Shown: positions 57,520 through 64,000 of the stretch, in pieces
How positions within the stretch are numbered: position 1 is the first letter of the stretch
Layout: the number at the start of each line of letters is the position of its first letter
DNA from: an uncultured Gemmatimonadales bacterium
Lineage (GTDB): Bacteria; Gemmatimonadota; Gemmatimonadetes; Longimicrobiales; RSA9
NCBI GenBank assembly: GCA_963741945.1
Contig: CAVUKA010000003.1
Coordinates: 32,001 to 96,000, forward strand
Direction: 5' to 3'
DNA: 64,000 nt
Translations under genes and position numbers: made by a program
Notes under the pieces: model-generated
Told to the model about the DNA's origin: nothing
Databases searched by the model: none
The model's input: only the letters and a program-made list of their open reading frames with translations

Positions 57520-59916
57520 TCAGCTCTCCCGTACCGCAGCGGCCGCAACCGCCACCTGGCCCAGCGCCAGTCCGCCATCGTTTGCTGGCACGCGGCGGTG
57601 GAGCAGCGGCCGGAACCCGGCCGTCTCCAGCGCCGCTGCCGCCCGCTCCGTGAGCACCGCGTTCTGGAAGCACCCGCCCGTGAGCGCCACGCGCGGCTGT
57701 CCCACCCGCTCCGCCACCGCCACGAGCGCGGCCACGAGCCCGTTGTGGAACCTCCCGGCCACCCGCCCCACGTCCTCACCTCGCTCCAGCTCCCGCAGCA
57801 GCGCGTCCACCGCGGGGGCCCAGTCCACCACCATCGGCTCGCCCGGCCGCTCCACCAGCGCCAGCTCGTACGAGCCCGTCTCCCGGGGCGACACCGCCCA
57901 TTCCAGCGCCATCGCCGCCTCACCCTCGAAGCTCACCCGCTGGCGCAGGCCCGCCAGCGACGCCACGGCGTCGAACAGGCGGCCCGCGCTCGTGGTCCAC
58001 GGTGCCCGGAACCCCGTCTCCAGCACGCGCGACAGCACCCGCAGCTCGCCCGGCTCCATGGCCGCCCCCGCGGCCGTGGCCAGGAACCGATCCACTCCGG
58101 CTTCCCCCCAGGCGGCGTGCGCCAGCGCCAGCGCCATCCGCTTCGGCTCCTTCACCGCTGCATCGCCGCCCGGGAGCCGGAACGGCCGGAAATGGGCGAT
58201 GCGCTCGTACGCGCCGGCATCACCGAGCAGGAACTCGCCGCCCCAGATCACGCCGTCCGGTCCGAGACCGGTACCATCCCAGACCACGCCCAGCGCCGCG
58301 CCCGGCTCGTCGTTGTCCGCCAGACACGCCGCCAGGTGCGCGTGGTGGTGCTGCACCGCCACCCGCCGCACGTCGGCCCCGCCGGCCGCCGGACCCACGG
58401 CCCACACCGTGGAAGCGTAGTCCGGGTGGAAGTCGTGCGCCACGGTGCCGGGCGATACCTCGTAGAGCTGGAGGAAGTCCTGGATCACGCGCCGGAACGC
58501 CTGCTCCGCCTGCGGCGTCTCCAGGTCCCCGATGTGCTGGCTGAGGAAGACGTCGCGTCCGCGGGCCAGCGCCACGGTGTTCTTCAGGTGCCCGCCCACG
58601 GCCAGGACGGGCGGCACCGGCTCCGCCAGCCGCACGGGGAGCGGCGCGTAGCCGCGCGACCGGCGGAGCAGGCGAGGCGCGCCCGCCACCGGCTGCACCA
58701 CGCTGTCGTCGACCGCGCGCTCGATGGGACGGTCGTGCAGCAGGAACAGGTCCGCGATTCCCGACAGCCGTTCCACGGCCTCGTCGTTGTCGGTGCAGAT
58801 CGGCTCGTCCGTCAGGTTCCCGCTCGTGGCGACGACCGGCCGGTCCAGCTCCCGCATGAGCAGGTGGTGGAGCGGTGTGTACGGCAGCATGATGCCCAGG
58901 CGCGGGTTCCCCGGCGCCACGCCCTCGACCACGCCCGAGCCCGGCCGGTGCGGCAGGAGGACGATGGGCGCCTCCGGCGACGCCAGTGCCGCGGCCGCGT
59001 CGGCATCCGCCTCGCACACGCGCCGGGCCATGCCGAGGTCCCGGACCATGACCGCCAGCGGCTTGGTCGGCCGGTGCTTCCTCGCCCGCAGCGTGGCCAC
59101 GGCCCCGGCGTTCCCTGCGTCCACGACCAGGTGGAAGCCACCGAGCCCTTTCACCGCCACCACCCGCCCCCCGCGGATCGCGGCCGCGGCCGCCCGGATG
59201 GCGGCGAGGTCGTCCGTGGGCGGGGGAACACCGTCGTCGCCCTCGATCCACAGGTGCGGTCCGCACGCGGGGCACGCGGTGGGCTGGGCGTGGAAGCGGC
59301 GGTCCAGCGGATCCTCGTACTCCGTCCGGCACTCGGGGCAGAGCCGGAACCCTCGCATGGTGGTGTTCGGCCGGTCGTACGGGAGCGCCCGGATGATGCT
59401 GAAGCGCGGGCCACAGTCCGTGCAGTTGGTGAACGGGTAGCAGGCGCGTCGGTCCGCCGGGGTGTCCGCGCCGCCTCCGCCCTCCGCTCCGCCCTCCGCG
59501 GGTTCGGCCGGGGCCGGGCGTTCGTCCGCACCCGCTGCCGCCAGGCCGATGTCGGCCAGGCACGCGGGGCAGGTGGCCAGGTCGGGGAGCACGGAGGCCA
59601 CGCGCTCGCCCGTCGCGTCACTGGGCAGGATCTCCAGCCCCGTGAGCCCGGTGGCCGCAAGCCAGGTCTGGCACACCTCCGTGACCACGGCACGGGGGGG
59701 TGGCCCGCTGCGGAGCCGCTCGGCGAAACGGGCGAGGTCCGCCTCGTCGCCTTCCAGCTCGAGCGTCACGCCGCGCGTGTCGTTCCGCATCCACCCCTGG
59801 AGCCCGAGCTCCCTGGCAGTGCGGTAGAGGAACGGGCGCATTCCCACCCCCTGCACCGCCCCGGCCACCTCGAGGCGGAGCCGACGCGCCGTGGCCGGTG
59901 CTGCGGGGGTGGTCAT
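57520..59916 (-). CDS. hypF: Carbamoyltransferase HypF
   Basis: VQGVGMRP, four CxxC motifs, KGLGGFHL, ATSGN, QHHHAH, PANDGGLALGQ. Confidence 0.95.
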   Translation of the reverse strand: MTTPAAPATARRLRLEVAGAVQGVGMRPFLYRTARELGLQGWMRNDTRGVTLELEGDEADLARFAERLRSGPPPRAVVTEVCQTWLAATGLTGLEILPSDATGERVASVLPDLATCPACLADIGLAAAGADERPAPAEPAEGGAEGGGGADTPADRRACYPFTNCTDCGPRFSIIRALPYDRPNTTMRGFRLCPECRTEYEDPLDRRFHAQPTACPACGPHLWIEGDDGVPPPTDDLAAIRAAAAAIRGGRVVAVKGLGGFHLVVDAGNAGAVATLRARKHRPTKPLAVMVRDLGMARRVCEADADAAAALASPEAPIVLLPHRPGSGVVEGVAPGNPRLGIMLPYTPLHHLLMRELDRPVVATSGNLTDEPICTDNDEAVERLSGIADLFLLHDRPIERAVDDSVVQPVAGAPRLLRRSRGYAPLPVRLAEPVPPVLAVGGHLKNTVALARGRDVFLSQHIGDLETPQAEQAFRRVIQDFLQLYEVSPGTVAHDFHPDYASTVWAVGPAAGGADVRRVAVQHHHAHLAACLADNDEPGAALGVVWDGTGLGPDGVIWGGEFLLGDAGAYERIAHFRPFRLPGGDAAVKEPKRMALALAHAAWGEAGVDRFLATAAGAAMEPGELRVLSRVLETGFRAPWTTSAGRLFDAVASLAGLRQRVSFEGEAAMALEWAVSPRETGSYELALVERPGEPMVVDWAPAVDALLRELERGEDVGRVAGRFHNGLVAALVAVAERVGQPRVALTGGCFQNAVLTERAAAALETAGFRPLLHRRVPANDGGLALGQVAVAAAAVRES

Positions 59917-59923
59917 GAGGGCT

Positions 59924-60595
59924 TCAGGAGGCGGGGACCGGGCCGCGTGCTTCGGCCAGCCGGCCCACGAGCCAGCCGATCCAGTCCTCCATCCCTTCCC
60001 CCGTCCTGCACGAGACCCGGAAGATCGGGACGCTCGGATTCACCATCCGGATCCCGCGCTCGTACTCGGCGTGGTCGAACTCGAAGACGTCCGCCAGGTC
60101 GTCCTTGTTCAGCACGACCGCGTCCGCGCCCGTGAACATGCCCGGGTACTTGAACGGCTTGTCGAAGCCCTCCGGCACGCTCCCGACCACCAGGTTCAGG
60201 TCCTGTCCCAGCTTGTAGTTGGCCGGGCAGATCAGGTTGCCCACGTTCTCGATGAACAGGACGTCGATCGCCTCCAGCTCCAGGTGCGGCAGCGACGCGC
60301 GCACCATCGGCGCATCCAGGTGGCAGTTGCCACCCGTGTTGATCTGCACCACCGGGATCCCCTGCTCCGCGATCTTGTCCGCGTCGATGCTGCTCGCCAC
60401 GTCCCCTTCGATCACCCCGGGCCGCAGCTCCGCCGGAAGCCGCGCCGCCGTCGCCAGGATCACCGACGTCTTCCCCGCTCCCGGCGACGCCATCACGTTC
60501 ACCACGCGCACGCCATCGCGGTCGAACCGCTCCCGGTTCTCCGCCGCCACCTGGTCGTTCGCCTTCAGCACTTCCTTCACCACGTGAACCTTCAT
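59924..60595 (-). CDS. hypB: Nickel insertion GTPase HypB
   Basis: SPGAGKT, IEGD, CHLDA, ENVGNLICPA, KPFKYP; no His-rich N-terminus. Confidence 0.95.
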   Translation of the reverse strand: MKVHVVKEVLKANDQVAAENRERFDRDGVRVVNVMASPGAGKTSVILATAARLPAELRPGVIEGDVASSIDADKIAEQGIPVVQINTGGNCHLDAPMVRASLPHLELEAIDVLFIENVGNLICPANYKLGQDLNLVVGSVPEGFDKPFKYPGMFTGADAVVLNKDDLADVFEFDHAEYERGIRMVNPSVPIFRVSCRTGEGMEDWIGWLVGRLAEARGPVPAS

Positions 60596-60939
60596 TCGGG
60601 CACCTCTATGCTTTCCACGTAGAAGGCCTGGCCCCCCGTCACCGACAGGGCCAGCGATCCGCACGCCGGACACTCCCGGGGCACCGGTGGCGCCACCGGG
60701 AAGGTGTGCCCGCAGATGGCGCAGCGCCCTTCCGCCGATTCCCGGCGGAATTGCAGCATTGCCCCCTCCGCGGGCGTCTCCCGGCTCATGATGTCGAAAT
60801 AGAACTGGATCGAATCGTCCACGAAGCTGGTCAGGTCGCCCACCACCACCTCGATGGCGAGGATGCGCTCGGCGCGTGCCTCGCGCGCGGCCTCGAGCGC
60901 GACGTCCAGCATGCCGCGAGTCGCCGGGAGCTCATGCAT
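60592..60939 (-). CDS. hypA: Nickel metallochaperone HypA
   Basis: MHE start; CAIC and CPAC motifs. Confidence 0.93.
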   Translation of the reverse strand: MHELPATRGMLDVALEAAREARAERILAIEVVVGDLTSFVDDSIQFYFDIMSRETPAEGAMLQFRRESAEGRCAICGHTFPVAPPVPRECPACGSLALSVTGGQAFYVESIEVPE

Positions 60940-61005
60940 GAGGAAACGCTACTACGAGCGCTGCCGTCCGGACGATCGGGGATGCCCCGCGTCCGGACTC
61001 CGGAA

Positions 61006-61560
61006 TCACCCGGATGGACTCGTGGTGGTTGTTCCCACACCCCGCCGAGGACGTTCCCACCAGATCTCCGGGTCTCCCGGGGCGGGCCGGAGCGCGGGCG
61101 GGTGGCCGAGCCGCGTGAGCTCCTCGACCACCAGGTCCATGACGGCGTACACGGCATCGCGGAGCGCGGGGCTGAGCCCCACGCCGGTATCCACCCGGTC
61201 GGGGACGGCGCCGATGAGCAGGACTTCGCTCGGGCCGCCACCCTCGAGGTCCAGCAGCATGAGCGTTTCCTTCACGCCCGGCTGATGGGGATTGGTGCGG
61301 ATGGGCGCCGGCTGGGCAAGCAGCTCGTCCTTCCGATACATCCGGACGGTTCCGGGCGGCCCACCGGCGGAAATGGTGTCGACGACCACGAGGGCTTCCA
61401 GCCCCTCGAGGTGTGGCGCGAGGTCGAGCCCGGGCGTGCCCAGGTCGACGATGTCGACGTCCCCGGTGTCGTAGCGCGACTGGAACAGTCGAACGACGTA
61501 GGGTCCGAACGCATCATCGCCCAGGAGCACGTTCCCGAGCCCGACCACCGCCGTTTTCAT
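61006..61560 (-). CDS. hybD: Hydrogenase maturation endopeptidase
   Basis: MKTAVVGLGNVLLGDDAFG, VDLGTPG, HQPG; TGATG overlap with the large subunit. Confidence 0.9.
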   Translation of the reverse strand: MKTAVVGLGNVLLGDDAFGPYVVRLFQSRYDTGDVDIVDLGTPGLDLAPHLEGLEALVVVDTISAGGPPGTVRMYRKDELLAQPAPIRTNPHQPGVKETLMLLDLEGGGPSEVLLIGAVPDRVDTGVGLSPALRDAVYAVMDLVVEELTRLGHPPALRPAPGDPEIWWERPRRGVGTTTTSPSG

Positions 61561-63272
61561 CACAGCGAGCAGAACTCCACGGCCATGACGTTGGACAGCT
61601 CCCGTCCCTCCGGATCCAGGGTATGGATCGCACACGCGAGGCACGGATCGAAGGAGTGGATGGTGCGCAGGACCTCCAGCGGCCGCTCGGTGTCGGCCAC
61701 GGGGTTCCCGACCAGCGAGGCCTCGTATGGACCCATCTGGTTGCGCTCGTCCCGCGGCCCGGCGTTCCAGGTGCTGGGCACCACGGCCTGGTAATTCTTG
61801 ATGACGCCGTCCTTCACCACCACGAAGTGGCTCAGGGCGCCACGCGGCGCCTCGTGGAAGCCGAAGCCCCGGATCTCCCCCTTCGGGAATTCCGGCTGGT
61901 TGAACACGGCCGTGTCGCCGCTGCCGATGTTGTTGGCGAGCAGCTCCCAGTGCTTGTCGGCGAGGTCCGCGATGGCCGACGCGCGGATGGCGCGCGCGGC
62001 GTGACGGCCCAGCGTCGAGTGCATGGCGGACAGCCCCACCCGCGTCCCGGCGATGGAGGAGGCCGTGCTCAGAGCGTGGTCCGCCCACTTCTTGATCCCG
62101 GCATGGCCGGCCGCGTAGCCCACGAGCACCTGCGCCAGCGGGCCCACCTGCATCGGCTTGCCATCCCAGCGGGGAGACTTCACCCACGAATACTTCCCGT
62201 TCTCCTGGAAGTCCGTGTAGTGCGGCTTCGTCTCGCCATCGTAGGGGTGCAGCGTCTTGTTGCCCTCGTACCACGAGTGGGCCACGGACTCCGTGACGCT
62301 GTCCTCGAAGTACGAGTCGTTGAAGCTCGTGATCGGCCGGTAGGTGGAGATGTCGCCACCCATGATCGTGCCGCCCGGGAGATCGAACTGCGTCCCCTTC
62401 GTGTCCAGCGGCAGGTCCGGCACGGCCAGGTAGTTGGTGACGCCAGCGCCGTAGCCGAGCCACTCCGGGTACATGGCGCCCACCGCGATCACGTCCGGCA
62501 GATAGACCTGCTGCACGAAGGTCCGGACCTCTCCGAGGAGCTCGCGGGCCCAGTACAGCTTCTCCATGTTGAGCGCCGACTGGTTGTCCAGGTTGATGGC
62601 GTTCGCCACCCCGCCCACCGCCAGGTTCTGGATGTTCGGCGTCTTGCCACCCAGGATCGTCACGACCTGGTTCGCCTTGCGCTGATACTCCAGCGCCTGC
62701 AGGTAGTGGCTCACCGCCAGCAGGTTCACTTCCGGCGCCAGGTGCATCGCGGGATGCCCCCAGTAGCCGTTGGTGAAGATCCCGAGCTGGCCACTGTCCA
62801 CCAGCCCCTTCACCTTCGACTTCACCGCCGTCATCTCTTCCACGCTGTTCTTCGGCCAGGGCGAAATGCTCTGCCCCAGCTGCGCGGCCTTCTTCGGGTC
62901 CGCCGCCAGCGCCTTCGTCACGTCCACCCAGTCCAGCGCGGACAGGTGATAGAAGTGCACGATGTGGTCGTGCAGCGCGTGGGCGGTCAGGATCAGGTTC
63001 CGGATGTACTGCGCGTTCGGCGGGATCTCCAGATTCAGCGCGTTCTCCACCGCGCGCACGCTCGTGATGGCGTGCACCGTGGTGCAGACGCCGCAGATCC
63101 GCTGCGTGAACAGCCACGCCTCGCGCGGATCGCGCCCCTGGAGGATCACCTCGATCCCGCGCCACATCTGTCCCGACGACCAGGCGTTCTGCACCCGGCC
63201 GCCATCCACTTCCACGTCTACGCGCAGATGACCTTCGATCCGGGTGATCGGGTCGACTACTACTCTCGCCAT
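61560..63272 (-). CDS. hybC: [NiFe] hydrogenase large subunit, Hyb-type (group 1c-like)
   Basis: DPITRIEGH, L1 QRICGVCTTVH, L2 SFDPCLACAIH plus a cleavable tail. Confidence 0.93.
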   Translation of the reverse strand: MARVVVDPITRIEGHLRVDVEVDGGRVQNAWSSGQMWRGIEVILQGRDPREAWLFTQRICGVCTTVHAITSVRAVENALNLEIPPNAQYIRNLILTAHALHDHIVHFYHLSALDWVDVTKALAADPKKAAQLGQSISPWPKNSVEEMTAVKSKVKGLVDSGQLGIFTNGYWGHPAMHLAPEVNLLAVSHYLQALEYQRKANQVVTILGGKTPNIQNLAVGGVANAINLDNQSALNMEKLYWARELLGEVRTFVQQVYLPDVIAVGAMYPEWLGYGAGVTNYLAVPDLPLDTKGTQFDLPGGTIMGGDISTYRPITSFNDSYFEDSVTESVAHSWYEGNKTLHPYDGETKPHYTDFQENGKYSWVKSPRWDGKPMQVGPLAQVLVGYAAGHAGIKKWADHALSTASSIAGTRVGLSAMHSTLGRHAARAIRASAIADLADKHWELLANNIGSGDTAVFNQPEFPKGEIRGFGFHEAPRGALSHFVVVKDGVIKNYQAVVPSTWNAGPRDERNQMGPYEASLVGNPVADTERPLEVLRTIHSFDPCLACAIHTLDPEGRELSNVMAVEFCSL

Positions 63273-63282
63273 GTTCTCCTCC

Positions 63283-64000
63283 TCACGAGCGGGCGGGCAC
63301 GGGACGGGCCGCCGGGGCGGCCTTGCTCGGCCGTGCCTCGGACCTCACCCCGCCCACGATGGGGAATTTCTTCACGATCAGGATGTACACCGCGATCTCA
63401 CCGGCCACGAGGCCGGCCGTCACCAGGATCTCGCCGATGGACGGGAAGTATCCGAGCGACCCGGGCGCCGGGTTGAACACGATGAGGAAGGTCGAGAACC
63501 GGTACAGCGCGCCGGCCGTGATCATCATCGCGGCCGCCGTGAACAGGCGACGCCTGTTTGGCGCCGTGTGTCGACGCGCCAGCAGCGCCAGCGCTCCGAG
63601 CCACAGCAGCGTCTCGACGGCGAACAGCGCGGTCTTGCCGTTCATCTCGGCCAGCAGCCCGAGACGACCGCGGTACGCCAGGTCGGCGAAGCGCACGACC
63701 AGGTAGGCCACCACCAGCACCATGGCGGCGCGGGTGAGCCCTTCCTGCAGTGGCGTCTCCCGCAGACGCCCGAAGCCGGACCGCGTCAGCATCCCTTCCA
63801 GCACCACTACGCCATAGCCCATGGCAATGCAGGAGAGGAGGAAGAGGAGCGGCAGCATCGGTGTCTGCCACAGCGGGTGCACTTTCGGCCCCGCCAGCAT
63901 CATGAGGCTGCCGAGCGACGACTGGTGCATCGTGGGCAGGAGCAGGCCCAGCGCCACGATGAACGGCAGTGCCTTCCTCACTTTCGGCAGCCAGTACGTG
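63283..64000 (-). CDS. hybB: HybB/NrfD-type membrane subunit (5' end outside window)
   Basis: LLPTMHQSSLGSL, HPLWQT..LPLLFLLS, YFPSIGEIL; lies upstream of the large subunit. Confidence 0.85.
   Translation of the reverse strand, partial: TYWLPKVRKALPFIVALGLLLPTMHQSSLGSLMMLAGPKVHPLWQTPMLPLLFLLSCIAMGYGVVVLEGMLTRSGFGRLRETPLQEGLTRAAMVLVVAYLVVRFADLAYRGRLGLLAEMNGKTALFAVETLLWLGALALLARRHTAPNRRRLFTAAAMMITAGALYRFSTFLIVFNPAPGSLGYFPSIGEILVTAGLVAGEIAVYILIVKKFPIVGGVRSEARPSKAAPAARPVPARS

Overview
Very GC-rich DNA (about 70-73% by eye) from a diderm bacterium; gene content and repeat style suggest Gemmatimonadota, which is inference only. In order, the window holds: (1) a TetR-led operon with an atypical FabH-like enzyme, SSS transporter, acyl-CoA ligase, MaoC hydratase, lipoprotein and partial outer-membrane protein, plus a divergent patatin and a flippase-like gene; (2) a MacA/ABC/TolC efflux operon ending in a kinase and sigma-54 regulator, with two single-base frameshifts; (3) DAHP synthase plus menG-F-D-H-B-A-E and a thioesterase, but no menC; (4) PfpI, an aldo-keto reductase, a serine hydrolase and a degenerate GGDEF protein; (5) a curli amyloid operon (csgA-E-F-G-B plus a lipoprotein), partly lower in GC; (6) a sigma-54 regulator/PAS kinase pair, kup, a sigma-54-driven orphan, pepE, a DASS transporter, cls, treYZ and a TlpA-DsbA fusion; (7) hybB-hybC-hybD hydrogenase genes with hypABFCDE. 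The strongest candidate for an undescribed system is the curli operon. Its CsgG carries a C-terminal beta-barrel, and its leader holds a variant c-di-GMP-I riboswitch and terminator, with no csgD or csgC in the window. Several REP-like repeat families lie between genes. No rRNA, tRNA, CRISPR array or transposase was seen.
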